Shown here in pieces: positions 9,572-18,476 of a stretch of 64,000 nucleotides of DNA. Where the stretch lies: the NCBI GenBank assembly GCA_965223415.1, contig OZ245002.1, positions 4,096,001-4,160,000 on the forward strand, in the 5' to 3' direction. Under the pieces are notes generated by a model. That model searched no databases and was not told where the DNA came from. It was given only the letters and a program-made list of their open reading frames with translations. Numbering within the stretch: the stretch's first letter is position 1; every line of letters starts with the position of its first letter. This stretch comes from Myxococcota bacterium. GTDB lineage: Bacteria; Myxococcota_A; UBA9160; UBA6930. Made by a program: the position numbers and the translations under genes.

Positions 9572-11476
9572 ATGAGCGAAGAGCGGAAGCTGCTGGACGG
9601 GATCGAGACGCCGGAGGATCTGCGCGCGCTCTCCCGCGAGCAGGTCGCCCAGGTGGCGCGGGAGCTGCGCGAGGAGATCGTGCACAACGTCTCTCGCACG
9701 GGAGGACACCTGGCGAGCAGCCTCGGCGCCGTCGAGCTGCTGACCGGCATCCACTACGCCTTCGAGACCCCCCAGGACCGGCTCGTCCTCGACGTCGGCC
9801 ACCAGGGCTACGCCCACAAGATGCTCACGGGCCGGCGGGCCGGCTTCGCGAAGATCGGCAAGGAAGAGGGCATCGGGAAGTTCCTGCGCCGGGCCGAGTC
9901 GCCCTTCGACCACTTCGGCGCGGGCCACGCGGGCACCTCGATCTCCGCCGCCCTCGGCATGGCGCGCGCCTTCGAGCACCAGGGCAAGGACCACTGCGCG
10001 ATCGCGCTCATCGGCGACGGCGGGATGACCGCCGGCATGGCCTTCGAGGCCCTGAACCACGCCGGGCACCTGACCCAGAAGAACCTGGTCGTCGTCCTCA
10101 ACGACAACGAGATGTCGATCTCGCCGAACGTCGGCGCCATGTCCTCCTATCTCTCCCGCAAGCTCTCCGCGCCCATGGTGCGGCGCATGAAGGGCTGGGC
10201 GAAGGAGTTCCTCACCTCCCTGCCCGGCGACATGCTGCACTGGGCCCAGAAGGCGGAGGAATCCCTCAAGGTCTTCTTCTCGCCGGGCCTGCTCTTCGAG
10301 GCGCTGGGCTTCAAGTACGTCGGACCGATCCAGGGCCACCGCATGGAGATCGTGCTCGAGACCTTCGAGAACGTGAAGGCCATGCTGGCCGCGGGCGACG
10401 GCCCGATCCTGGTCCACGCGCTCACCGCAAAGGGCTACGGCTACGAGCCGGCCCAACAGGATCCCTTCAAGTATCACGGCGTCGGCGCCTTCGACGTGGA
10501 GAGCGGCAAGTTCGCGCCGTCGAAGCCCGGCCCGCCGAAGTACCAGAAGGTGTTCGCCCAGACGTTGATCCGCCTGGCGAAGGAGGACGAACGCATCGTC
10601 GGCATCACGGCGGCGATGGCCGACGGCACGAGCCTCGACCTGTTCAAGAAGGAGTTCCCGAAGCGCTTCTACGACGTGGGCATCGCCGAGCAGCACGCGG
10701 TCACCTTCGCCGCGGGCCTGGCCAGCGAGGGCATGAAGCCGGTGGCCGCGATCTACTCGACCTTCCTCCAGCGCGCCTACGACCAGGTCGTGCACGACGT
10801 GTGTCTGCAGAACCTGGACGTGACGCTGGCCATGGACCGGGCCGGCCTGGTCGGCGCCGACGGCGCCACCCACCAGGGCATGTTCGACATCGCCTACCTG
10901 CGCACGCTGCCCAACATCCTGTGCATGGCGCCGAAGGACGAGAACGAGCTCCAGCACATGCTGCGCACGGCCGTCGAGTACGACGGCCCGGCGGCCATCC
11001 GCTACCCGCGCGGGAGCGGCTTCGGCGTGCCGATGGACCCGGAGATCAAGGCCCTGCCGATCGGCGAGAGCGAGCTGCTCCGCGACGGCAGCGACGCGGT
11101 GATCGTGGCCTACGGAACCCTCGTGCACGACGCCGAGGAGGCGGCCGCCGAGCTCGCCGCCGACGGCATCTCCGTGGCCCTCGTGAACGCGCGCTTCGCC
11201 AAGCCCCTCGATGCCGAGCGCATCGTCGCCCTGGCGGCGCGCACCGGCGCCGTCGTGACGGTGGAGGAGCACGTGGGCGTGGGCGGCTTCGGGAGCGCGG
11301 TGCTCGAGGCCCTCTCCGCCGCCGGCGTCGAGCCCCACACCCGCTGCCTGGCGCTCCCGGACCGACCCATCGAGCACGGCAGCGCCGAGGCCCAGAAGGC
11401 GGAGATCGGCCTCTCGGCGGACGGGATCGCGGCGGCGGTGCGGGAGCTGCTCGGAAGGGGCGGAGGCGTTTCCTGA
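9572..11476 (+). CDS. dxs: 1-deoxy-D-xylulose-5-phosphate synthase
   Basis: GGHLASSLG, DVGHQGYAHK, GDG..NDNEMSI, GIAEQHAV, YSTFLQRAYDQ, DRAGLVGADGATHQG. Confidence 0.98.
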   Translation: MSEERKLLDGIETPEDLRALSREQVAQVARELREEIVHNVSRTGGHLASSLGAVELLTGIHYAFETPQDRLVLDVGHQGYAHKMLTGRRAGFAKIGKEEGIGKFLRRAESPFDHFGAGHAGTSISAALGMARAFEHQGKDHCAIALIGDGGMTAGMAFEALNHAGHLTQKNLVVVLNDNEMSISPNVGAMSSYLSRKLSAPMVRRMKGWAKEFLTSLPGDMLHWAQKAEESLKVFFSPGLLFEALGFKYVGPIQGHRMEIVLETFENVKAMLAAGDGPILVHALTAKGYGYEPAQQDPFKYHGVGAFDVESGKFAPSKPGPPKYQKVFAQTLIRLAKEDERIVGITAAMADGTSLDLFKKEFPKRFYDVGIAEQHAVTFAAGLASEGMKPVAAIYSTFLQRAYDQVVHDVCLQNLDVTLAMDRAGLVGADGATHQGMFDIAYLRTLPNILCMAPKDENELQHMLRTAVEYDGPAAIRYPRGSGFGVPMDPEIKALPIGESELLRDGSDAVIVAYGTLVHDAEEAAAELAADGISVALVNARFAKPLDAERIVALAARTGAVVTVEEHVGVGGFGSAVLEALSAAGVEPHTRCLALPDRPIEHGSAEAQKAEIGLSADGIAAAVRELLGRGGGVS

Positions 11477-12219
11477 GCCGCTGCCCCCGGCTCGACGAGC
11501 GTGTTCACGGCGAGGGGCTCGCCCCCTCGCGAACCGCCGCCCAGGCCCTCATCCGCGCCGGCAAGGTGCTCGTCGACGACGTTCCCGTCGACAAGCCCGG
11601 CACCCGCGTCTCCCCCGACGCCGCCCTGCGCGTCCGTGGCGCGGCCCGGCGCTTCGTCTCCCGCGGCGGCGAGAAGCTGGCGGGGGCCCTCGACGACCTC
11701 GGCCTCGATCCCTCCGGCCTCACCTGTCTCGACCTCGGCGCCTCCACCGGCGGCTTCACCGACTGCCTGCTCCAGCGCGGCGCGCGCGCGGTGGTGGCCG
11801 TCGACGTGGGCTACGGGCAGCTCGACCTGAAGCTGCGCGGGGATCCGCGGGTGCGGGTGCTCGAGCGGACGAACGCGCGGCACCTGCGCCCCGAGGACGT
11901 GCCCGAGCGCTTCGACCTGGTGACGATCGACGTGTCGTTCATCTCGTCGACCCTGCTGCTTCAGCGGCTGCCAGAGCTGGCGCCCGCCGCCGAGGTGTTG
12001 GTGATGGTGAAGCCGCAGTTCGAGCTGACGAGGGAGCAGGTGGGGAAGGGCGGGGTGGTTCGGGACGAGACGCTTCGGGCGGAGGCGGTGGCGCGGGTGC
12101 GCGAGGCCGCCCGCGAGCTCGGCTACCGGGTGGTCGGCGAGGCGGAGAGCCGGCTGGCGGGGCCGAAGGGGAATCGGGAGGTGTTTCTCCGGCTGCGCCT
12201 TCCCGCGGGGTCGGCCTGA
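11473..12219 (+). CDS. tlyA: TlyA family rRNA 2'-O-methyltransferase (probable CTG start)
   Basis: S4 domain RLD..GLAPSR, FVSRGGEKL, DLGASTGGFTD, DVSFIS, KPQFE, GPKGNRE. Confidence 0.92.
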   Translation: MSRCPRLDERVHGEGLAPSRTAAQALIRAGKVLVDDVPVDKPGTRVSPDAALRVRGAARRFVSRGGEKLAGALDDLGLDPSGLTCLDLGASTGGFTDCLLQRGARAVVAVDVGYGQLDLKLRGDPRVRVLERTNARHLRPEDVPERFDLVTIDVSFISSTLLLQRLPELAPAAEVLVMVKPQFELTREQVGKGGVVRDETLRAEAVARVREAARELGYRVVGEAESRLAGPKGNREVFLRLRLPAGSA

Positions 12220-12274
12220 CCCGGAGCCCGGAGCGGCGCGGATCCCACGATGCCGAGCGCTGCCGTGGCTCGGC

Positions 12275-12290
12275 TGTGAACGAGTTCACA
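12275..12290. promoter_or_regulatory. CRP/FNR-family-like operator TGTGA-N6-TCACA
   Basis: tgtgaacgagttcaca matches the CRP core consensus exactly and lies in the intergenic region upstream of 12402. Confidence 0.5.
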
Positions 12291-12401
12291 CACCCCGTCG
12301 GCGGTCGGGCGGCACCCTGGGGTCGCAACTCACTCCCCTCGCACGTCGGGCGGGTGCCGAGGTCGGCCGCCCGTTCCGCACGTGCAGAAAGAGGAATCCC
12401 C

Positions 12402-14240
12402 ATGGCACGACTCAGCCCCGGGAAGGAGCGTCTGATCAAGGACGCCCAGGACCTGACGCCCGACATCTACCGCCGCCACGTGGCGCACAGGGCCCGCAAG
12501 ATCCTCACGGATCGACACATCGACATCCAGTCGGCGGACGATCTCGCCGACATCGAGAACGCCATCGCGGCGCACTTCGAGAAGATCGACCAGGGGGCGG
12601 ACTTCCTCCCCGCGAGCTTCCTCCGCGAAGGCGCTGCTCGCGCGGATGCCGTGTGCCGGATCTCCACCGGCACGTCCCTGGGGACGGGCTTCCTGGTCGC
12701 ACCGGGGATCCTGATGACCAACAACCACGTGCTCTCCACCGCGGAAGACGCTGAGGACAGCGTGGCCGAGTTCCAGTTCGAGAGGGGCCGGGCTCCGATC
12801 GTCGTTCCGATCCGCCCGGCAGCGCTCTTCGTGACCCACGAGGCGCTCGACTTCACGATCGTGGCCTGCGACACGTCGGGCATCGAGGGCGTCACCCCGG
12901 TGCCCCTTCTCCGCAACCCGGCGACGGTCGCGCCCAACGAGCGGGTGAGCATCATCCAGCATCCGCGGGGCCGGCCGAAGGAGGTGGCGCTCCACAACAA
13001 CCCGGTGACGCAGCTTCGGGACAAGGTCGTGCACTACCGCACCGACACGGAGCCCGGATCCTCCGGGTCGCCAGTGTTCAACAACGCCTGGGATCTCGTG
13101 GCGCTCCATCACGCGGGCTGGATCGACGCCGGCCGGGCGACCAACGAGGGCGTCCGGATCTCGGCGATCGTCGCTCACCTGCTCGGCGAGGTCGCCCGGG
13201 GCGAAGCGAAGCAGGAAGCCCTGCGGCCCGTTCTCGAGTCCATCCGGGGCACCTCTCCCTTCCTGGGGATCTTCGATCTCTACGGGCTGGGAGAGGACAC
13301 GCGCGAGGTCCAGGTCGATCACTTCGCGGGAACGCCGGACTTCGCCGACATCGGCGTCTGGAACATCGAGCACTTCAATGCGAGTGTCAGCAACGATCGG
13401 GTCGACCGCGTGGCCGATGTCGTGGCCGAGCTCTCCATGGACGTCCTCGGCCTCACGGAGGTGCAGGACGAGGCGATGGACCGGCTCGTCACCCGACTGA
13501 GCGATCGCGGGATGGCGGCGGACTACCAGCTGCTGAACGTCGACGGGCGCCAGGATCTGGCGGTGCTCTACGACCGGGACACGACCCACGTGCGGCTGCG
13601 TCGCGACATCGCGCGCCGCCACGCGAGCCGGCTCGGTGCCGAGACCCCGACGGGGCGGACGGCCTTCCCCCGCGCGCCGCTCTTCGCGGATTGCACCGTC
13701 GGCAACGGGGACGGCGAGGTGCGCTTCATCAAGATCCTCGTGCATCTGAAGGCGTTCGGAGATGCCCAGAGCCGGGCGAGGCGCCGCCTCGCTGCGGAGA
13801 AGCTCGCCGAGATCATCGACGACATCCGGGATCGGGAAGGTCTCCCCGTGGTCCTTGGCGGCGACTTCAACGAGCGGATCGACACTGACGTGCTCTCGGC
13901 GGTGACCGGCTCGCCGGACCTTTTCGCCATGACCAGCGACGACGCCAACACCGACGCCATCTCCTACGTCGGCGACTCGCATCGGTCGCTGATCGACCAC
14001 GTGCTCGTCACCCGCGACGTCGCGCTCGGGGACATCCACGGCGACGACGCGGCCATCGTGCGACTCGATCGGACCGTCCGCGACTTCGCCAGTCGCGTCT
14101 CGGATCACGTTCCGGTCGTGTTCCGCATGGTCCTGCGAGACCAGCCCGTCGACGTCGACGAGGTGCCGACGCTTGGAGACGGCCTCCTGGCACCGGTTCC
14201 GGAAGGCGCCTCACGCCTTCGGCTCGCGTTCGAGGACTAG
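12402..14240 (+). CDS. Trypsin-like serine protease fused to an endonuclease/exonuclease/phosphatase (DNase I-like) domain
   Basis: Triad motifs TNNHVL, LDFTIV, TEPGSSGSPVFN; EEP motifs WNIEHF, LTEV, VHLKA, GGDFNE, IDHVLVT, SDHVPV; AGAGGA RBS; no signal peptide. Confidence 0.88.
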   Translation: MARLSPGKERLIKDAQDLTPDIYRRHVAHRARKILTDRHIDIQSADDLADIENAIAAHFEKIDQGADFLPASFLREGAARADAVCRISTGTSLGTGFLVAPGILMTNNHVLSTAEDAEDSVAEFQFERGRAPIVVPIRPAALFVTHEALDFTIVACDTSGIEGVTPVPLLRNPATVAPNERVSIIQHPRGRPKEVALHNNPVTQLRDKVVHYRTDTEPGSSGSPVFNNAWDLVALHHAGWIDAGRATNEGVRISAIVAHLLGEVARGEAKQEALRPVLESIRGTSPFLGIFDLYGLGEDTREVQVDHFAGTPDFADIGVWNIEHFNASVSNDRVDRVADVVAELSMDVLGLTEVQDEAMDRLVTRLSDRGMAADYQLLNVDGRQDLAVLYDRDTTHVRLRRDIARRHASRLGAETPTGRTAFPRAPLFADCTVGNGDGEVRFIKILVHLKAFGDAQSRARRRLAAEKLAEIIDDIRDREGLPVVLGGDFNERIDTDVLSAVTGSPDLFAMTSDDANTDAISYVGDSHRSLIDHVLVTRDVALGDIHGDDAAIVRLDRTVRDFASRVSDHVPVVFRMVLRDQPVDVDEVPTLGDGLLAPVPEGASRLRLAFED

Positions 14241-14325
14241 CGCCGGCGAGCAGCCCCGTGTTGCCGAACCGGCCCTTCCCCCCGCGGGGGATGCCTGCTG
14301 AGGGCAGGGCTTCCGTTCGTCCTCA

Positions 14326-14350
14326 ATCCAGCACCAAACTGGTCCGATAT
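14326..14350. promoter_or_regulatory. Possible IscR/Rrf2-type operator
   Basis: atccagcaccaaactggtccgatat, a 25-nt imperfect palindrome with a loose resemblance to the IscR type-1 site, just upstream of a TAGCCT -10 box and iscA-iscS. Confidence 0.3.
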
Positions 14351-14405
14351 CCTTGGTTCGCTAGCCTTTCCGCTCCCATCCGCCCCTCCGGAGGACAGCC
14401 CCGCC

Positions 14406-14738
14406 ATGGCCCTCGTCACGGTCACCGAAGCCGCCTCGACGCAGATCAAGCGGCTGCTCGATACCGAGGGGAAGACCGAGAGCCATGCCCTGCGCATGAA
14501 GGTGGTGGGGGGCGGCTGCTCCGGGCTCCAGTACCAGCTGGCCTTCGACGACCAGGACAAGGACGGGGACACCGAGATCGAGTCGAACGGCGTGCGAGTG
14601 GTGGTGGACGAGAAGAGCGCGCTCTACCTGATGGGCACGATCCTCGACTACGTCGACTCGCTGATGGAGTCGGGCTTCAAGATCGAGAATCCGAACGCCA
14701 AGACGACCTGCGGCTGCGGGCAGTCCTTCGGAGCCTGA
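14406..14738 (+). CDS. iscA: A-type Fe-S cluster carrier (IscA/ErpA, HesB family)
   Basis: GGGCSGLQY, NPNAKTTCGCGQSF. Confidence 0.92.
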   Translation: MALVTVTEAASTQIKRLLDTEGKTESHALRMKVVGGGCSGLQYQLAFDDQDKDGDTEIESNGVRVVVDEKSALYLMGTILDYVDSLMESGFKIENPNAKTTCGCGQSFGA

Positions 14739-14750
14739 GGGCCTGGGCGC

Positions 14751-15959
14751 ATGAGCGGGGGCTCCCCGCCCGCGATCTATCTCGACCATCACGCCACCAC
14801 GCCGGTGGACCCCCGGGTGATGGAGGTGATGGCGCCGCTGTTCACCGAGGACTTCGGCAACGCGGCGAGCCACACCCACGTGTACGGCTGGCGGGCGGAA
14901 GGCGTGGTGGAGGTGGCGCGGGAGCGCATCGCCGAGGCGATCGGCGCCGGGGACCCGCGGACGATCGTCTTCACCAGCGGCGCCACCGAGAGCAACAACC
15001 TGGCGCTGCTCGGCGCCGTCGCGGCCTCCCGTGCCTCGCGACCCCACGTGGTCTCGGTGGCGACGGAGCATCCGTCGGTGCTGGACCCCTGCCGCGTGCT
15101 CGAGCAGCGCGGTGCGCGGCTGACGCTCCTGCCGGTCGACGGCGAGGGGCTCGTCGATCCGCAGGCGGTGGCGGATGCGATCGGCGACGACACGATCCTG
15201 GTCTCGGTGATGGCGGCCAACAACGAGATCGGCGTGCTCCAACCCACGACCGAGATCGGCGCCCTGTGCGCGGAGCGCGGCGTGCTCTTCCACTCCGACG
15301 CGGCCCAGGCGGTCGGCAAGATCCCCCTGGACGTGGACGACCAGGCCATCGACCTGCTCTCGGTCTCCGGTCACAAGCTCTACGGGCCGAAGGGCGTCGG
15401 CGTGCTCTACGTGCGCCGCCGCAAGGCGGGACGGCGGGTTCGCCTCGAGCCACTCCAGTACGGCGGTGGCCACGAGTGGGGGCTTCGGTCGGGCACCCTG
15501 CCGGTGCCGCTCATCGCCGGGCTGGCGCGGGCGGTGGAGCTGGCCCTGGCCGAGCGGGAGCAGGAGAGCGCGCGGCTGGGGAAGCTACGGGAGCGGCTCC
15601 TCGCGGGGCTTCGCGCCGGCGTTCCGGAAGTGGTCGTGAACGGCCATCCGACCCGCCGGCTCCCGGCCAACCTGAACGTGAGCCTGCCCGGCGCCCGGGC
15701 CGAGGCGCTGCTTCCCGCGCTCCACGACGTGGCGATCTCGAGCGGCTCCGCCTGCAGCTCGGCGCGGCCCGAGCCCAGCCACGTGCTGCAGGCCCTGGGG
15801 CTCGCGGAGGAGCGCATCGCCTGCTCCGTGCGCATCGGGCTGGGGCGCTTCACGACCGCCGAGGAGGTCGACCGCGCCGCGCGCCGCATCGCGGAGGAGG
15901 CCGGGAAGCTGCGGGAGGGCGCCGGGGGGTCCGGGGACCGGGCCCCCACGGTCCGCTAG
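14751..15959 (+). CDS. iscS: Cysteine desulfurase (IscS/NifS type)
   Basis: IYLDHHATTP, FTSGATES, ANNEIG, SGHKLYGPKG, SSGSACSS. Confidence 0.93.
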   Translation: MSGGSPPAIYLDHHATTPVDPRVMEVMAPLFTEDFGNAASHTHVYGWRAEGVVEVARERIAEAIGAGDPRTIVFTSGATESNNLALLGAVAASRASRPHVVSVATEHPSVLDPCRVLEQRGARLTLLPVDGEGLVDPQAVADAIGDDTILVSVMAANNEIGVLQPTTEIGALCAERGVLFHSDAAQAVGKIPLDVDDQAIDLLSVSGHKLYGPKGVGVLYVRRRKAGRRVRLEPLQYGGGHEWGLRSGTLPVPLIAGLARAVELALAEREQESARLGKLRERLLAGLRAGVPEVVVNGHPTRRLPANLNVSLPGARAEALLPALHDVAISSGSACSSARPEPSHVLQALGLAEERIACSVRIGLGRFTTAEEVDRAARRIAEEAGKLREGAGGSGDRAPTVR

Positions 15960-16027
15960 GATCCCCCGTTTCCGACCCCCCGGAAGCGCCGGACCCCGAC
16001 GGCCGGCAGTGAGCGAGGAGACCGAGC

Positions 16028-16648
16028 ATGGCGGAGCAGAAGGCCACCAACATCACCTGGCACGGCGGCCACGTGGAGCGCAAGGACCGCGAGCAGGTGC
16101 TGGGCCAGCACGGCGCGACGATTTGGCTCACGGGTCTGTCCGGCTCCGGCAAGTCGACGGTGGCGGTGGCCGCCGAGGCGGAGCTGCTGAAGCGCGGCCG
16201 CCTCGCCTACGTGCTCGACGGCGACAACGTGCGCCACGGTCTGAACAAGAACCTGGGCTTCTCGCCGGAGGACCGGACGGAGAACATCCGCCGCATCGGC
16301 GAGGTGGCGAAGCTCTTCACCGACGCCGGGGTGATCGTGTTCACGTCGTTCATCTCGCCCTACCGCGCCGATCGGGACCAGGTGCGCGAGCTCTTCGAGC
16401 CCGGCGACTTCGTCGAGGTCTACGTCGAGGCCGACGTCGCCACCTGCGAGGAGCGCGACCCGAAGGGTCTCTACAAGAAGGCGCGCGCCGGTGAGATTCC
16501 GGAGTTCACGGGCATCTCCGCACCCTACGAGGAGCCGGAGAAGCCCGAGCTGGTGGTTCCCACCGCGGGTCGGACGGTCGAGGAGAGCGTGGCCCAGCTG
16601 GTGGGCTATCTCGAAGAGAAGGGCTACCTGGCCTCTCCACAGGGCTGA
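16028..16648 (+). CDS. cysC: Adenylyl-sulfate kinase
   Basis: [46 protein letters not shown]. Confidence 0.97.
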   Translation: MAEQKATNITWHGGHVERKDREQVLGQHGATIWLTGLSGSGKSTVAVAAEAELLKRGRLAYVLDGDNVRHGLNKNLGFSPEDRTENIRRIGEVAKLFTDAGVIVFTSFISPYRADRDQVRELFEPGDFVEVYVEADVATCEERDPKGLYKKARAGEIPEFTGISAPYEEPEKPELVVPTAGRTVEESVAQLVGYLEEKGYLASPQG

Positions 16649-16697
16649 GGCGCCGCGGGCGCTCAGTCCGGCTGGGGGGCCGGCCGATGGGGCTTGG

Positions 16698-18476
16698 ATG
16701 AGCGAGCGGAGTCGCTGGAGGAAGCGCTTGGGTCGGGCGGGGCTCGCTGCGCTCGTCGCGGCGGCGACCGGCTGCACGCACCTGCCTGGGCTCCCGGCCC
16801 GTTCCGCCGATCCCGCGGTCGCCGCCGTGCCGACCGAGGGTCCGCCCGAGTTCCACGTGCTGGTGGCCCAGCGCCTCGAGGGCGAGGGCCGTGTCGAGGA
16901 TGCCCTGGCCGCCTACCAGCGCGCCCTCGCCGGCGACCCGGGCTCCGCCTATCTCCACCGGCGCATCGCCGAGCTGGCCGCCCGGGGCAACCAGCTCGAC
17001 CTGGCCCTCGAGCACGCCGAGCAGGCGCTGGCCCGGGAGCCCGACGACGAGGGCATCCGGCTCTTCCTCGGCACCCTCTACCGCTTCCGGCGCGATCCGG
17101 AGAACGCCGAGCGCGTGCTGCGCACCGAGTCCGGCGAGCCCACCAGCACCGAGTCCGCGGCGCTCCTCTACGGGATCCTGGCCGAGGGTGGCCGCCACGA
17201 CGACGCCCGGGAGGTCGCCCGCTGGATGGTCGACACGGTGCCCGAGGCCATGCGCTCCTTCCTGGCCCTGGCCGACGCGGAGACGCGGCTCGGCAACCCG
17301 GGCGAGGCGGAGGCGGTCCTGCGCCGCGGCCTGATCCAGCACCCGGCGGAGCTCAGCCTGTTCGGCGCCCTGGCCCGCCAGCGCCGCGAGCGCGACGACC
17401 GGGAAGGCGAGATCGCCATCTACCGCGAGCTGCTGGGCGAGCATCCCGGGCACCTGGCGACGCTCCTAGCGAAGGCCGACGCCGAGCTGGCCCTGGGCCG
17501 GTCCGGCGACGCCCGCACCACCCTGGAGCGGGTGGAGAAGGAGCATCCCCGCGACCTGCGCACGCTCCTGCGTCTCGGCTTCCTCGACTTCGAGGAGAAC
17601 GATTTCGAGGCCGCCGCCGGCCGCTTCCGCCGCGCCCTCGCCCTCCAGCCCCGCCAGCAGGAGGTGACCTACTTCCTCGGCGTCGCCCTGCGCCGACAGG
17701 GCGACGAGGATGGCGCCCGGGAGGCCCTCGCGCGGATCGGCCGCGACCACCCGCGCTTCGCCGACGCCCGCACCCAGCTGGCCAGCATGGCGGAGGACGA
17801 GGGCGACGTGGCGGCGGCCATCGCCTACGTGGACGAGGCCCGCGGCGCGGCGCCGAACCGCGCCCTGGATCTCTACCTGGGCAGTCTCCAGGCGAAGAGC
17901 GGCGACGTGGCCGGCGCGCTGGTCTTCCTGGAGTCCCTGCTCGACGCCAGCGACGCCGACGCGGACGTCCTCTACAACATCGGCATCATCCACGGCGAGG
18001 CCAGCAACACCGACGAAGCCGTGCGCACGATGAAGGCCGTGATCGGCATGGACCCGAACCACGCCGGGGCCCTGAACTACATCGGCTACACCTACGCCGA
18101 GCGCGGCGAGAACCTGGACGAGGCGGAGAAGCTGATCGAGCGCGCCCTCGAGCAGCGGCCGGACGACGGCTACATCACCGACAGCCTCGGCTGGGTCTAC
18201 TACATGCGCGCACGCCCGCTGGTGGAGGCCGGCCGGGCCGAGGACGCGCGCCGCCTGATCGAGCGGGCCCGGCAGGAGCTCCTGAAGGCGGCCCAGCTGA
18301 CCGGCGGCGATCCGGTCATCTCGGAGCACCTGGGCGACGTGCACCTGCTCGAGGGCGACCGGCGGGGCGCCCTCGAGCGCTACGAGGAGGCCTGGCGCCT
18401 CGGGCCGCGACCCACCGAGCAGCCCCATCTGACCGAGAAGCTCGAGCGCCTGCGCGAGGAGCTCGGAAGGCGGTGA
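16698..18476 (+). CDS. TPR-repeat lipoprotein
   Basis: Lipobox ATGC; multiple TPRs; ALNYIGYTYAE..DSLGWVYY..EHLGD. Confidence 0.88.
   Translation: MSERSRWRKRLGRAGLAALVAAATGCTHLPGLPARSADPAVAAVPTEGPPEFHVLVAQRLEGEGRVEDALAAYQRALAGDPGSAYLHRRIAELAARGNQLDLALEHAEQALAREPDDEGIRLFLGTLYRFRRDPENAERVLRTESGEPTSTESAALLYGILAEGGRHDDAREVARWMVDTVPEAMRSFLALADAETRLGNPGEAEAVLRRGLIQHPAELSLFGALARQRRERDDREGEIAIYRELLGEHPGHLATLLAKADAELALGRSGDARTTLERVEKEHPRDLRTLLRLGFLDFEENDFEAAAGRFRRALALQPRQQEVTYFLGVALRRQGDEDGAREALARIGRDHPRFADARTQLASMAEDEGDVAAAIAYVDEARGAAPNRALDLYLGSLQAKSGDVAGALVFLESLLDASDADADVLYNIGIIHGEASNTDEAVRTMKAVIGMDPNHAGALNYIGYTYAERGENLDEAEKLIERALEQRPDDGYITDSLGWVYYMRARPLVEAGRAEDARRLIERARQELLKAAQLTGGDPVISEHLGDVHLLEGDRRGALERYEEAWRLGPRPTEQPHLTEKLERLREELGRR

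Noticed and set aside
7919..12219. Very long ORFs in the track (1185 aa, 899 aa; also 24761-28324, 21161-23911, 31552-34368) suggesting gene fusions
   Set aside because: N-terminal extensions are Arg/Pro/Gly-rich out-of-frame read-through of upstream genes; the real starts sit at stop/start overlaps
12220..14405. Protease-nuclease gene as part of a mobile element
   Set aside because: No transposase, integrase, terminal inverted repeats or target duplication visible; mobility is unproven
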